Part shown: piece after piece, positions 1-14,110 of the stretch
Numbering within the stretch: the first letter of the stretch is position 1
How the letters are laid out: every line of letters starts with the position of its first letter
DNA from: Amphiscolops sp. MND2022
Taxonomy: Eukaryota
Direction: 5' to 3'
Assembly (NCBI GenBank): GCA_964187785.1
Contig: OZ076409.1
Location: 38,380,001 to 38,444,000, forward strand
Length of the DNA: 64,000 nucleotides
The notes under the pieces: generated by a model
Databases searched by the model: none
Told to the model about the DNA's origin: nothing
Seen by the model: the letters and a program-made list of their open reading frames with translations, nothing else
Position numbers and translations under genes: made by a program

Positions 1-2459
1 TAGTGCCAGCTAGATCGACTACATATGTTGCTACCACCACAGGAGTGGCGAACAGATTTAGACTTGCGTTTCTGGCAGAAACACATCTCTGGCCATAAAG
101 TCTTCCACTACTCCCGAGATTCTGATTAGGAGTACAGCACGTGTCAGGAAACCGAACTCGAGTTCAACTATTACATCTGCAAGTAGCCATTATAACTCTT
201 GAAGAGGGATGATCAGTACCTTGATTAATGTCTTAGTATTTTGTTTGATTTTAGATGAAGTTTTGATGTCCCTGTAGTATGCACCTTTATTGAATAGCTT
301 CTATTGAACAGTGTTTCGATCGCCGGAATTACGATAAATAGCAAACCGGTTTACAAAAGTCCTCAATGAACTTGGGGTTTCAAGGTCAAACTTTCATCCA
401 ACTAGTTACATATAGTCAAGGGCAAGAGGTGGAGGCTCAAAAGGCGAAGGCATTCTGGGAAGGGAGTGGTCTCAACCAAGAATTGGTGGGTCATCAAATA
501 ATTGCATTAATAGTTTTAAGCCCATATAGCATTATGCAAAGGAAAGTATTTTAGTCAGCCTCGTTTTTTTCACATTATTTGCCATGTCCCAAATTTATTA
601 TAGTCAAATTGAGAGTGTCAACCATAAAAATCAACTCACCTAATTTTGGATTTTAGATTTGACCCCAAATTAACCAAATACAAAAAATTCGAAGTTTACC
701 AAGTTATAACGTTTTCATACAAGTTTTGTCTACTTTTGGTTAAGCTACGCGGATTAAAAAGTTGAAAACAATCAACAAGGCAAGAATTCGTTGTGCAGTA
801 GTCTGTCATGAAGGCCTAAATTAGAGTTTTTTAACATAAAAATTCTCAAAATTTTAAAGTCCAGAATATTCCAAATTTTAATGTTATGGACAAAAACCAT
901 ATTTCGTCAAAGTTTCAGAGGACACCGAGGATTAGTGTGTGAAAACTGTTAAACTAGCGATCTTTTCGCTGTCCAGTTGGATTTGTCGATAAAAATAACT
1001 TCAAATTCAATTTGCGATAGAAAAGGCTTCAAATGGACATGAAATGTCATCTTGAAGAATCACTGAAATTGTAGAGTTTTTTAGCATTTTTTCTATGCAA
1101 TTTAAGTACAAGTTCCGAGATGCCTCTAGATTTGAGGTTTCCAAATGTCCAAAAATGACAACTCTCAAATGGCTGTGCAGTACGCCTTTTCAAATTCCAC
1201 ATCGCAGTGTTTTCTTTCAAAGACAATTCAGACTTTTCTCCAAATTTCAACTTCTGTAAACATTTTGAAAAGTTCCAGAGTCAGAAGGTTGAAAACCTCA
1301 AACAACGATCGATCTCGTTACCAATAGGCTTTCTCGAAGTCATGTTTCCAGACTTCTGTTAGAAAAGACCTTAAAATTGACCGCATAAACTCAAAAATGT
1401 TAGCAGTTTAGCCGACTTTTGACATTTCCAGTGATTCATTCTTATTCGGAACTTTACTGTAGAAAAGAGCGACTTAGATAGCGATTAATAAATTCTGGTA
1501 AAATAATGGCCCGGAAAAACTCCAAATGATACGCTAGATTCTCAGCGCGCTTTTTGAAGTCAAATTTGCAGTTTTCATAGTAGTAGGTTTTGCCTCAGAA
1601 GGACTTAAAAAATGCGAAATACTCAGAATTTTAATTTTTTTACTTTTTTGCATCTTTTTGTACAGTCTATTGGGCAATTGCATTCCATGAAAAATTTTCT
1701 AAAATAGAAATTCGATTGACATGATCGTTGAAACAACAAAGTCTTCAAAACGCATTTCGGGAACTTAAGTGTGATAAATTTTCCCGAATTCGACAAAAAT
1801 GGTGGTTAAAACACAGTATTTTCTCTCTTTTTTTCGACAGCGTACTGCCAGATTTGGACATTTTACGAATCTTTCGTCTAATTTGAAAAAAAATCTGAAA
1901 GAAACCTTCCTCGAAAATGTAATATTCTTTTTCAACTTTTTTGTTAACTATTCAATATTCAATATTTAAAAAGCTCCAAGCAAAATAATTAGCTAGGCAG
2001 TACGCATTGCAAAGGAAACTCTTTTCCCAAAAACAAAAATTTCAGAAAAACCCAAAAATCAAAAAATTTCTGACGTTTAAGGCATTGTTTGGTAGAATTT
2101 TCGAGATTTTCCGTGGGATAGAATGGGTTAAACATTCAACAACGACTGAACTCGGGATTCAGTGGGTATTTTTCACAAGAGTCATGTAGTTTCTTTAGTA
2201 GAAGTGCTCCTAAAATTCATCCGAATGTTTTAAAAAAATCAAAGATTTCCAATTTTTGACAATTTTAGTGAGATTATGTGAAAAACTAACAAACAGTTAT
2301 GTGCCAAAGTCGCAAGTTCCTTGTATTAGCAAAAACTCGCTGTTTCCAAACGTTTACCGTTTTCTCAGAGCCAAAAATTACCTGAAGAAATGCGCCTCAG
2401 ATTCGAAAGCACTTTTTCGCTACTATTGGAATTACAAAAAATAATATTTTTTGGAGAAT

Positions 2460-3160
2460 ATCTTTTTTGAAAAGTCTCGTAGCGCCGAAAACGTTTTCAG
2501 CTCGCAAAGCTACTTTTTCTCAAGTTGAGGTTGGCTATAAAAGAGAGGGTCTACCCTCAACCAAATGATAATTTCGGGAAGAGGCACAGAGCCAAAAAAG
2601 CTGCAAAAAAGTGGTTTTCAAAATCTATACGAAAAATCTTCAATTCCACGGGGTCAAAAAGTATTAAAGAAGTCACACTGAAGACTCGGCAAACATGTTT
2701 CTTTCGGAGACAAGCTCAAAAAACTAAAAATTGTGGTTCATTTTAAAACTCGGTAAGTCACATAGTGCCGCAAAAATTGAAAGTGACCAGCTACGCTTGG
2801 AAAACAGTGTTGTTCCTGTTGAAAATTGAAAAGACTTTAGGTTCGGAAAGAAATCTGAAAATTCCAGGTGCTGAAAAATTATAAAGGGGGACCCTCTGGT
2901 CTCTTCTTCATTTTTGAAAACATCGAAAACTTTTTGGTTCAGCGCGAGACTCGATCCCACGCACCCCTGCTTTTTAGACTGCGTTAAATCTGCGTTAGCC
3001 ACTAAGCCAAGTGGCCGTGAGAAGTTACTTTAAAAATTGAAGAATATTTGGTAGCGCTGCTTTGGACAGATCCGCTGTTTTGAACAAAAACTGACTGATT
3101 AGGTGTTTCGCGAAAAGCCACTACAATAATCCTTTTTTCTAAAAATAATCGCTAACTAAA
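2460..3160 (-). repeat. Degenerate copy of the HINE-like dispersed repeat family (boundaries approximate)
   Basis: Contains the family subunits 'aaaagtctcgtagcgccgaaaa', 'gtcacatagtgccg' and 'aagggggaccctctgg'. The end block 'aaagccactacaataat...cgctaactaaaa' resembles the end of the 38629-39356 copy. Confidence 0.55.
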
Positions 3161-3903
3161 ATTTTGGTATGTTAGGTACTGGTATCATTATGGTTCAACA
3201 AAAAACAATTAAGTACTTAGCGTGTTTATAATTGAGCTGTTTCTTTTAAAAATGGGCTAAGATGAGTCAAAAGTTTCTTTTCTTCAAACCTCTTTGCATT
3301 TTCATTTTGCATTGGCTATTCTTGAGCCTCAAATTTAAGTCGTTCCAGAACAGTTTGGGGCAGAAATTCTTGCTGGTAGTGGGCGTCTTGATGTCAACAA
3401 TTAATTGATTGGTTCGTTTTCCGAAAACAAATATTGATAGAAATACCCAAATAATGCAATTTTTGAAGCTTGAATTAAGAATGAATCAAAAGCCGAGAAA
3501 TTGAAAAAAGATTCACATAGATTTCAGATAGCAATAAAAGGTTCGAATGCAGCGTTTGATGTCATTCGTCGTCAAAAAGCACAACATTATAACCAAACCT
3601 TAGGACACCGCAATTAGCTTCATGCTGAAAAATCACCAAATTTTGCCTCCGAACACGCATAATATCGTCACATGGTCAATACAGCGAACTGGCAGTTGAA
3701 ATACATACCAACTGGAACCTATGATAATTGAGCCTTTGCTTTCTTCTCATGAATATGCCAACATAGAATCCGTTTATCATTATTCCAAAAAAATTAATTT
3801 GGTTACTCTGACACTACTAAGGGAAGAAGTGAGTTCACCGGAAGTATTTGATGAGTGATGGAGCAATCGTGAAATCAAAACTCTTTGATACGGAGTTAAA
3901 TGT

Positions 3904-5479
3904 TAGACTGAATCAAAGTTGAATTGACAATGTGAGAAAAACTAATTTGATTAAACTGTAAAACATGACAGTGAAGTTTGAAATGCGTCAAGGCTGTGAC
4001 ACTGAAGATTTTGTTTCGAAAATCACGACAGAAACGCTCACAGAAAACACTGCTGCCTACTAATACTAGAATTTGCTTTCTTTAAAGCCTACTAGCAATC
4101 TTCTCGAGCAGTTTTTCAGTTCTGCTGGCTTCGTTTTGAATTATGCAAAGGTAATCCTCCGTATCTATTCGCTTGTTTACTTTCACGGTTAGACAGAACA
4201 GTTTTATCGTTTTCGGTTAATGTGTTCTTTATTTTGATCTCACTCGTATTGATCTCACCGTCCGTGTGTAGACTGAATCAAAGTTGAATTGACAATGTGA
4301 GAAAAACTAATTTGATTAAACTGTAAAACATGACAGTGAAGTTTGAAATGCGTCAAGGCTGTGACACTGAAGATTTTGTTTCGAAGATCACGACAGAAAC
4401 GCTCACAGAAAACACTGCTGCCTACTAATACTAGAATTTGCTTTTTTTAAAGCCTACTAGCAATCTTCTTGAGTAGTCTTTCAGTTCTGCTGGCTTCGTT
4501 TTGAATTATCTTCGACAGAGCATGAACGTCAAAAAGCCTTGCTCCTGGATGCTTATGAAAAATCTGGGGCATCGAGACAGTTACAGATGTTCTACTGGAG
4601 ATGAAAATATGCGTTGAAAAGTTTCGTTTCAGACAAAATTCGGAATGTTCGATTCGTTTTTTTTTCAGTTGATAGTTTACAATTTTCATTTTCTTGACTT
4701 TCAGCTACTATTGTTATTTTTGATTGTCAAAAAGACTGTTGAAATTTCTTTTGATAGTGTTGTTCGTGTTCTTTTTCTGGGTTAGAAAACATGGAAACAA
4801 TATGGAGTTACTAATAGAATGTTCTTTGTTCTTCTGTTATTCTGTCGACTAAACTGTACTGGATTCAAATCAATGATTCTGTTTTTACGAACATCGTCTA
4901 AAAGTAAGTAACAAAAATTTCAATTGAACGGTTAGACAGAACAGTTTTATCGTTTTCGGTTATTGTGTTTTATATTTTAATCTCTCTCCTTTTGATCTCA
5001 CCGTCCGGGTGTAGACTGAATCAAAGTTGAATTGACAATGAGAGAAAAACTAATTTGATTAAACTGGAAAACATGACAGTGAAGTTTGAAATGTGTCAAG
5101 GCTATGACACTGATATTTCGTTTCGAAGATCACGACAGAAACGCTCACAGAAAACACTGCCGCCTACTTATACTAAAATTTCCTTTTTTAAAAAGCCTAC
5201 TAGCAATCTTCTCGAGCAGTTTTTCAGTTCTGCTGGCTTCGTTTTGAATAATCTTGGACAGAGCATGAACGTCAAAAAGCCTTGCTCCTGGATGCTAATG
5301 AAAAATAGGGGCATCGAGACAGTTACACATATTCTACTGGAGATGAAAAGATGCGTTGAAGAATTTCTTTTCAGACAAAATTCGAGATGTTCGATTCGTT
5401 TTATTCAGTTGAAAGTTTACAATTTTCATTTTCTCAAACTTCGGCTACTATTGTAATTTTTGATTGTCTCTTTTGATAG
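3904..5479 (+). mobile_element. hAT transposase C-terminal (dimerisation domain) relic, in three tandem copies interleaved with Gypsy fragments
   Basis: The block 'agactgaatcaaagttgaattgacaatg...' recurs at ~3904, ~4270 and ~5012. ORF 5055-5456 contains PTSNLLEQFFSSAGFVLNNLGQSM, resembling the hAT dimerisation motif P.TS...ER.FS.AG. Confidence 0.55.
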
Positions 5480-5720
5480 TGTTGTTCGTTTTCTATTTCT
5501 GGGTTAGAAAACATGGAAACACTATGGAGTTACTAAATGAATATTCTTCTGTCATTCTGTCAACTAAACTGTACTGTATTCAAATCAATGATTCTGTTTT
5601 TACAAACATCGTCTAAAAGTAAGGAAAATAATTTTCAATTAAAATGAATCTAAGAACTGGTACTAAGTAGTCTGAGTTTTTGATTGATTCGATATCCGAA
5701 TAATCGTTTCCGTATATACA
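5480..5720 (-). repeat. 3' LTR of the decayed Gypsy element
   Basis: TG...CA termini (tgttgttcg...tataca), adjacent to the PPT. Similar to 9366-9642 and to a partial copy at 4758-4927. Confidence 0.75.
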
Positions 5721-8700
5721 TTCCCCCTTTCTGGGTTCTTCGCCTTCTTACATCTTGTATTGGAGCTTCCCTGTGTCAGTATCTTTCCCGAACAAAATCT
5801 GCAGGTCTCTGGAGTGGTTGCGGAGTCCTAGTCATGCAATGGTAATCCTCCGTATCATTTCGCTTGTTTACTTTCACGGTTAGACAGACAGTTTTATCGT
5901 TTTCGGTTATTGGTTTTTTAAATCTCACTCGTATTGATCTCATTGTCCGAATGTAGGTTGGGTTCATCTTCGGTTGCTGTGATTGGTCAGTAAACGTCTC
6001 GCTCAAAAGTATCGTGATTTTCAAAATCGTTTTCTTCATCCTCCATTTCTACCTCCACCTTTTCAGGGTCAGTTTCTGCCCTTCTACTTTGGATTACTTT
6101 TAACTTCCCGTTGAGTACATCCCTCAACGTTTCGTTCCATTGTGTGTACTTGCCGTCAACCCTTCTTACAGAGTCTGAGTTTTTCGGGGATTTTATGTGT
6201 CCAATTTTAAGTGATGTTTTTCTCTGTCTCTGAAATAATATTGGACACGAACTAAATTCTCGGTGAATACTTTACCAGTGTCGCTGGTGGTTACAGTATG
6301 TTCCGTACCGCTTACCGCGGTTTGAAATTTGTTCTGAAATCTACCTTCGTGTGATTTCTTATTGTGGTTCTTCTACAATTAAGAGGGACAGCTACTAACC
6401 GATTTTTTTTCACCGGTGAATTTTCGGGCAATGCTTTGTCTTCGGCTTTTGTCCGGGCCTAAATGAAATGGATAGATATCGTTTCGGGATACGTTGCTGG
6501 GTGTTTTTGGTCCGTTTTCCGCTGAAACCAATCTTTCCAACCAGTTAGAAAGGAAGATTTCCTGTCTTTAACTACATTTGATAACTCGGTTCTCGGATAT
6601 CGACAGTGGTGTAATTCAAATGATGTGTATCTTGTATGTGTTGTAAATCACATCACAGTCAGTCCTTTACTTACACACTCGGTCAAGCTTAAATTATTTT
6701 CCTGATTGGTGACAATTAAAAACTTCAATGTTTATATTGCGCGTTCTACCACTCCCGTTCCGGAATGTGTACTACATTCGATCGCGATGTTTCTTGTATT
6801 TGAAGAATTTTTTATACTCTCTTGAAGTGAACACCCCACTTTTAACCGTTTTTATATTTCCGGTAGTCGGTCCAAGTTGAAAAATCGTGTTAGGAAGTTT
6901 AATACTTTCTTTGTTTCCGATGATCTGCATATTTTCAAGATTTGCCTTTTGCTTAATCTGTCAATAGCGAATAAAATTTTATGTTCACCGTTCAATTTGT
7001 TCATGTTTACATTTCCGGAGAAATCATTTTTGAATTGTACCGGTTCTGTTAGTGTTTTTAGTTTTCCGGTTTCGTGTTTCAATATTTGGTATTTTATATT
7101 TTTACCCGATGCCATGAAGGCAACACAGTTTTTTTCTCATATTTCTTCCAACAGAACTTTTTTCTTCTGCTGTCATGTCGTGAGCGAACGGTGACGTGTC
7201 CAGTAACTTTTTCCTCAGTTCGGTTGGTACCATTATTTGATCATCGTTATATGTCAGCATGTCAGCCCCATTTGATTGGCAGTTTCTCGAATGCCCTGTC
7301 TCATTGCCACTCAGCTTATTTTCTTTCCTAAAAATCTTTGTCTTGTTCTTTCTCCCGTTTCCATCTGGAGGTTTTTTTGAAAACTGTCGCAGTTTTTCGA
7401 TGCTTTCCGATAATTTCGGAATAAATTTTGGGAGATAATGTATCGCGCGGAGAAAAATAGGTGTTAGTTTTCGTGTCCCGGGAACTTGTTCTTGTTTTGG
7501 GAGAGTTGGTAGTTTTTCCACTGGCTCGGTATCCGGCATCTTCCAGTTTCTTCACTACGTCGAACAGCTTCTTATGTTCTTCCAAGTCCACTCTAGTTTC
7601 CACTTATCGATCATCTAACCAAGCCGGTGTTGAGTATTCTAGGGAACAATGAATTTTTTCCTTGAAATATCGTTGGAATCTTGGCAGAACCGTGAACTCC
7701 CTTTCTGAATCTATAGTATTCGCTGCATTTTCCTCCAGTCAGTGCAAATACGCATCGCCGGCTTGTTTCTTTTGACAATTGCCTCTGACCGTATGCCTAA
7801 TCAAAATCACTTTTCGATATCATGAGTTTTTTCGTTCAGTCTTTTGTGATCTCTACCAAAATTTGGTTCAGCAATACTTCCAACTTCAGAATGTGCGGCC
7901 TGATTTTTGTACAGCTGTCGCTTAGCTTTCTCGAGTCTGGTGTGACCTTTAGCGACTTATTAAATTCTCTATATCTCAACCGACTTCTTCTTGGAGGCGT
8001 AGTTAGATTGGTTTTCTTGCTTCTATTTTCCCGGACAATGTCCCAGTTTCAACTGGATAATGATTTCGCTAACTTTTATTGTGGTGTTGTTTTCGATTAA
8101 GTCCGGAAACTTCTGATAACTTGTTCCTTTCGATTGTCTGTTCCCGTCCAATCAATTGTTTTTGATTGTTAGATTAAGTGTTTTCAATCCGTCCATTACA
8201 AGTAGTGGTGTGATGTCATTTCTCTCGACTATTAAAAATGCTTCTTTTTGTTATTAATTTCGTTTTCAATGGCTGTCAGTATCTTCACCAAATTTTCACC
8301 TTGTTTTTATTTACGTCTTGGTATTGGTGGTTCACTTTTCGTATTTCGGATTCCTTTGGTATACTTTCGTCCACCGGCATTGATGATATTAATGTTCCGG
8401 TATTCACAATGAATTCTTTGTCCATGCTGTATATTTTCACGGTTGCTGTCAAATATTCAAATATTGCTTTTTGTCGATGATCTTGATTATCTTTGATTAT
8501 CTCCTCCAAATGCTGTTGTTCCTTCGGTTACATTTCGTACTTTGCGTTTATAAATTTCTCTTTGTCTACATGCTCCTTCGGAATGCCTTCTTCCCGCTAT
8601 TGTTGCAGAGTTAATCAATTGCCGTGCGTTTGTGTGCTGATTTCCAGTTTGGTGCAACATAGAATTTGCCAGGTTTGTCATTTATAGTTTTTTCCGATCT

Positions 8701-9365
8701 TGTATCGAATCCTTCCATTTTTCAGATTGGTTCTATTTTATCACTTTCTCTCGGTTTGAAACGAGTGTTTCTGGTATTGTGTTTTCAGGTTTTTTCCATA
8801 TGTGTTTTGTTTGATCATTTCGAAATGTTTTCTTTAGTTGGAGTTACTTTTCTTTCATCAATTTGTCTCGGAGTTTCGTATCCATAAAATGAATTTTTAG
8901 ATGAGGACTTTTCGGCTGTTATTCCTTCAAACGAGCAGTCTTTTTCGATTTCAATGAGTGTCCGCCAGAAGTCTTCCGGTGTTTCAGTTTCCGTCTGTCT
9001 TGTCCAGAAGAATTCTCCTTGGTTGTGAAATGATGTTTCTTTTTGGTAAGAAATGTTTATTGAATAGTCGGTAAGATCTGTTGCAACAATTTGTCGGGCT
9101 CTGTTTTGTACTCTGTTCGTGTCAACTAGTACAGTGCTCCTGGGCCGATAACCCATTTGAAATCTTCTTGCATTTCAGTTTCTTTTTCGACCCAACCGGT
9201 TTGTGTCATTTCGATTCCCAGTATCAGTTCTGTGATATCCTTCTTATGTTTTTGTATACTACGGGAATCTTTCGAGCTAATGTTTTGGTGTAAATAGCTT
9301 TTCCCGTCTAATGTGGCTTCGAAGTTCGGTACTGCAGATAAAATTAGTAAGTAGTTGAGATTGCT

Positions 9366-9642
9366 GGTTGCGTAATGTTCTATTTCTTGGTTAGGAAATA
9401 TGGAAACAATATGGATTTACTTTTAAAAAAATGTTTTTCTGCTATTCTCTCGACTAAACCACACTGTATCCAAATCTAGTATCGAAAGATTTAATATTAC
9501 ACTGCAAACATAAGTAGAATGTATACCATCATGGTCTGAAAATAAGTTACATAAATTTCATTTGATATGAATCTGAGAACTGGTACTAAGAAGTCTGAGA
9601 TTTTGATTGACAGAATATCCGAATAATCGGTTCGGTATTACA
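9366..9642 (-). repeat. 5' LTR of the decayed Gypsy element (left boundary approximate)
   Basis: Shares 'gaatct(g/a)agaactggtactaag..gtctgag.ttttgattga...atatccgaataatcg' with 5480-5720 and ends in TACA. Confidence 0.7.
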
Positions 9643-10468
9643 CCGTATAACAGGTTGACAGCAACGGTCAAGATTCACTTTTCATGAGGTCATTAGGTTT
9701 ATTTTCTTCGGGAGTCATTTGAAAGGAAAAAATGAAGTCAATCGACTTTTCAGCCAAATGATCATCTACATAGCAGCCTAGGATAAAATCTAAAGGGCGT
9801 TCGAGACAACAGTTTATGAGAAAACAACTGAGAAAAACGATGACTTCTTAAGTGGGGGAAAATGGAATAACTGTTTTTCGCACGCCCACTCTCACTCACC
9901 GCTTGAAAACCAACATCTCGATGATCACTTCACGATCTTCTCTTCCACTAGGTCTCCGCTCCGACTCGACCTCGTTTAGCTAGCCGTTAGCTGAAGGCCA
10001 CTAATATGAGAAGGCGGACATATTCCGCGAAATAACACCGTAATTATCCGCGAGGCTCATTATCCGTAATCGTCTTTATTTTAATTTTATTTTCAAAATC
10101 AGTGAACATTGTTAGAATGAAGCCAAGACGTGACCAAGCACATCGAACCAACTGGCTTCAAGCCAAATTGCAATCAGCCAAGTCACTATTTACCTGAGAA
10201 TCAGACCTGCGATTCAACCCTATTCTACTTCACTTTCCTCATCCAAGATTTGTGCTGAAAGTACGTTAACCAAAAACAGAACTCTTGAGTTAGGTACCTT
10301 TGAAAGAAAACAAACTTAAGACAATTCTGTCGCTTCAAACAAAATCTGTGAAAAAATTCCGTGTTTCAATTTTAAAATCATATTAACACTACTAAGCAAT
10401 GCATCATTCAAAGCAACACCTTTAGAAATTGAATATTAAATTATTGATATTTGGTCACTGTATGTAAT

Positions 10469-10849
10469 CTAATGTTTAACTAGCTTCACAAATTCATCAA
10501 AGTCTATGATTCCATCTCTGTTCAGATCCGCTTCTTTGATCATATCTTGGATTTCTTCTGGACTGACAGTTTCCCCAATTTCGTTCATAAATCGATGGAG
10601 CTCTTCGGGTGAAATTTTTCCATCCGAATTTCTGTCGAACATTCTAAAGGCCGCATTCAGTTCTTCTTCTATTTTGGTATCTTTCATCTTTCTTACCATC
10701 ATGGTTAGGAATTCGCGGAAGTCTATGGTGCCATTACCGTCTGCATCAATCTCGTTAATCATATCTTGCAACTCGGCATCTGTCGGGTTCTGTCCCAATG
10801 ATCGCATGACAATGCCCAGCTCTTTAGTCGAAATTATGCCAGAGCCGGT
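10469..10849 (-). CDS. Calmodulin-like EF-hand protein, exon 2 (last coding exon)
   Basis: Minus-strand acceptor tttttgtttag, then [51 protein letters not shown]...[12 protein letters not shown]...[19 protein letters not shown]. Phase-0 junction. Confidence 0.92.
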   Translation of the reverse strand, partial: TGSGIISTKELGIVMRSLGQNPTDAELQDMINEIDADGNGTIDFREFLTMMVRKMKDTKIEEELNAAFRMFDRNSDGKISPEELHRFMNEIGETVSPEEIQDMIKEADLNRDGIIDFDEFVKLVKH

Positions 10850-12756
10850 CTAAACAAAAAAATATGATTATTTATCCCAAAATTCAAGACCGAAAACTTT
10901 TATTGGTCCAATAACCCCAATAGCAGTTACTTTTATTACAATGCAAGAAAAACACTGAACATTTATGCCAACTCCAAATAAACAATCATTATCATATCAT
11001 CACAAGGAACGCTACGAATTGCAATTGAATGAGCCATGTCAACGGATATTATATTGGTTTAATTTAATCTTGAGGAGATTAGTGAAAACTCAGAGGAAAA
11101 TCTATGAAACTCTTAAAAAAGACATGGTATTTGCCATTCTACTCATTGCTATCAGAAAGTACGAGAGAAACTTATGAAGAAGGGGACTAGTTTGATTGTA
11201 AACAAGTCGGATACCAATTGAATCAACATCTCATTCAGTGCACAAAAAGCACGAACGAAGATTGTTGAAGAGTTATTTGAGGAGAAAAATCGGAAAGCCT
11301 CACAGTACATAAAATACAAGGGGGCCATTTGGACCTTTGTTTGCAACAATAATGGTGCAAAACCGAAGTATTCAATGGTGGACGCTTTTGAACATGAAGA
11401 AGTTTTTGAAAAGCATCCATTAGTTGATCCTTCTATAAAATTCAAAGACCGAAATAAAGGAAAATATCTCTAGAAAGAGCTGTGCAAAACACAAAAAACT
11501 TCAAATATTTTCCCGAAAAAACCACCTTTTGTCGTACTTTGTTTTTCAAATTCGAAATGTTTTACGATCTTTTCTTTAAATCGCTTGTTTACATCAATCA
11601 TCGCCAGATTTTCAAGAGAGTGCTTTTTGTATTTCTTTTTAAGCGAAGACGGCCATTTTAAAATTGGTCTTTGAAAACCTTCACTTTAGGATCAATACAA
11701 AACACGCAAGTCCCATTAATAATTAGTATAAAATCCTCTAGAATCAACATTCACTGTTTCATCTCAGAGCATTTTTAAGCTAACGCTTGGAGAGTGAGTG
11801 CCAACAATTGAGCCTGTCAAAGTTATCTTTTGACAGCTCAATAGAATAATGGAATATATAAATTATCGACTTGACGTTTCAGGCACAAAAACTATTAAAT
11901 TGTGACTGAATTGCTCAAGCAAAAGTACGTAAACACCACAGTATGACTGCAAAGACCGGAGGAAGGCTTAGCCGTGTTTTTAATGAGAACATCTTGTTCA
12001 TTATTGAATCAAAATAAGGTTGGATCAATGCGTCCAGTAGTCGATTGTTCAATATCGACAAAAGCCTGTGCCAAGCACAAAAGCACTGGTTGGAAGTTTG
12101 CGGCAATAAAAACAATTTCGATACTCTGCTGAAAAATTGCGTTGTCTTTGTTCATCTCTATAGATATTCACAAAATTATTGAGGGTGTGAGGAAACGTTT
12201 AGAGAACAACTCGCCTGAAATGGATCGACTCGACTAAAATTTAGAAAATTAAGGAAGCTTAAACTCGGCACAAAATTACCGAGCCCGACTGAAGCAAAAT
12301 AACATCAGAAATGCTTCCTTTGTCTATTAAACAATGAAAAACTAATTAGAAATAAGATTTCCATGCGTCATGCATATGAATCAGAGCGTTTGTACCTGAC
12401 TTGGGTCATTTTCACTGTATCAATATAACTCATGAAAGGTTTCTCGATCTCCTCTAGTCATTATTCCTTATTTTTCTTCATTTTTCGAAAAAGGTTTTTC
12501 TTGCTGCTGGACAGTAGTATCGCTTCCGGTACAATTAAAACGCCAAATCCAGATACTCACATAATTCTATGAGTTAAGTTTCGCAGCATGATTCCCTGTC
12601 AACTTTAGAAAACTCTCGCTAGTTAGAAAAAGACTCTCGATGATTGTTGAAAATTGTTTACAGAGTTCGAGTGAAATGTGCGAAACCTGAAATTTCCTCC
12701 TGAAATTTGGCAATCATGGTAAGATTTGCATTTCCGGTAAAATCCTGTCACGGTCT

Positions 12757-14110
12757 TGTAATGAATGAATAATGAATGATTGAATATTTGATATCGCATT
12801 AGTTGACCTGCTTGGGCTTACAAATTGCAGAGTTTGCTTTTACAGCGAACGCAGTTGATAATTTGCCCACAAAACTTGGATTAAATATGTAGTTTTGAGG
12901 TGCAACTCAAGTTCATAAACTTGTTTAGTTTAAAACGATTTGGATACTGAAGAAACTTTTCCGCCAAATATTTTACTCTGCTCAACCTTTTGCAAACTAG
13001 AAGTAAATGATATTTGCCCGCCAGCCCTTCCTCGTTGCAAAGTAAACAATTTTTGCCTTGTATGAGCATTCGCGAAGGAAGCACGTCGGAACCTACTCCA
13101 TTCGTTTCGGTAAGAGTGTCTCAAGTTGATAATGCATTTTTGTCAGCCGTCATTGGATAGCAGCGTCCCTGAATTGTGCTTTCGAAAACAAAAACATCAT
13201 CGTGTGTGGTTCTGATATCTCTGCTGGATATTCAAATACCGCTGGTATACACCTCGCTATTCTAATTTTTTGCACTTGCAATGCACGACGAGGACGAGAG
13301 CAGACCGAGCGCTAACGAAATGATCTGAGAGCTCAAGCGAATACCGGAAAATGATTCTTTTTGCTCTAAGATCGTCGCTTGGTACCTGGGGCCCCTGCGC
13401 CCCAACCCGTAGCTGTGTGATCTACCATATGTATGCGTGCTTTGTTGTAAATTCATTGTTTTTACCTTTGTTTTCTAGCCCAAAGACTAGTTTTTGAAAT
13501 TTAGGAGGTTATTCCTATGTCACCCTGGAAATTAGAATTTAGCCTCTTTTTGGCATTGTTATTATGTGCTAGTTAAAAGAGGTGGTCTTTAGAGAGTCAG
13601 GAAGATGTCTGTTACTATTAGCAATCAAAAACTAAGACGGGTTGAACAGAAGTCGTATTTCACCCCTGGAGGCAGAGGATCTGTGGTCATAGGCACATAC
13701 ACCCTTTTCTGCAGGTTCCTCCATCTTGGGTAACGCGTTAAGCGGTCAAAAACAGCTTACTGTTACATACCATCGAGTTGATTGATTCTTTACGAACCTG
13801 CAGAACATTTTTGAGAAAGTTCCCATGGAAAATTTCCAGGTGATCGCAAGTTTTTATCCCCAGAATTCGTATCCATAAATGAGTATAGGTATAATCAACG
13901 CGTCGAACAAGTGTAGTTCAGATTGACACAGCTTTACGAATTTTACTTTGGGAAAAATCATGTATATTATTTCAGCACAATTGATTTTCAGATGTGAAGT
14001 AATCAGATACAGTCATGATTATAGAGTCTGTTTTTTGTAACGTTTTTCAGGACATTTTGTATTTGAATAACCTACCCGAAGATAAAACGCTATTCAACTA
14101 CTACTTGTTC
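12757..14110 (-). mobile_element. 3' relic of a non-LTR retrotransposon (L2/Crack/CR1-group-like) in the calmodulin-like intron
   Basis: Minus-strand LHLFDALIIPILIYGYEFW (~13860-13917, post-RT motif). C-terminal Cys/His knuckle remnant CLLCNEEGLAGKYHLLLVC (ORF 12881-13084). (CATT)n-like 3' tail at 12757-12785. Confidence 0.7.

Larger units (their letters stand above)
5480..9642 (-). mobile_element. Decayed Ty3/Gypsy LTR retrotransposon (gag-RT-integrase fragments between two diverged LTRs)
   Basis: Related LTRs at 5480-5720 and ~9366-9642. Minus-strand polypurine tract at 5721-5731 (plus strand ttccccctttc). Fragmented ORFs: gag-like GEFFWTRQTETETPEDFWRTL (8815-9156), RT-like VVKKLEDAGYRAS (7328-7603), integrase-like DFSG...LFAIDRLSK...LPEI (6852-7115). 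Confidence 0.8.

Noticed and set aside
1..350. Possible non-LTR RT fragment on the minus strand
   Set aside because: Resemblance is too weak to support without a search.
10506..10853. 115-aa plus-strand ORF
   Set aside because: Antisense shadow of the calmodulin-like exon.
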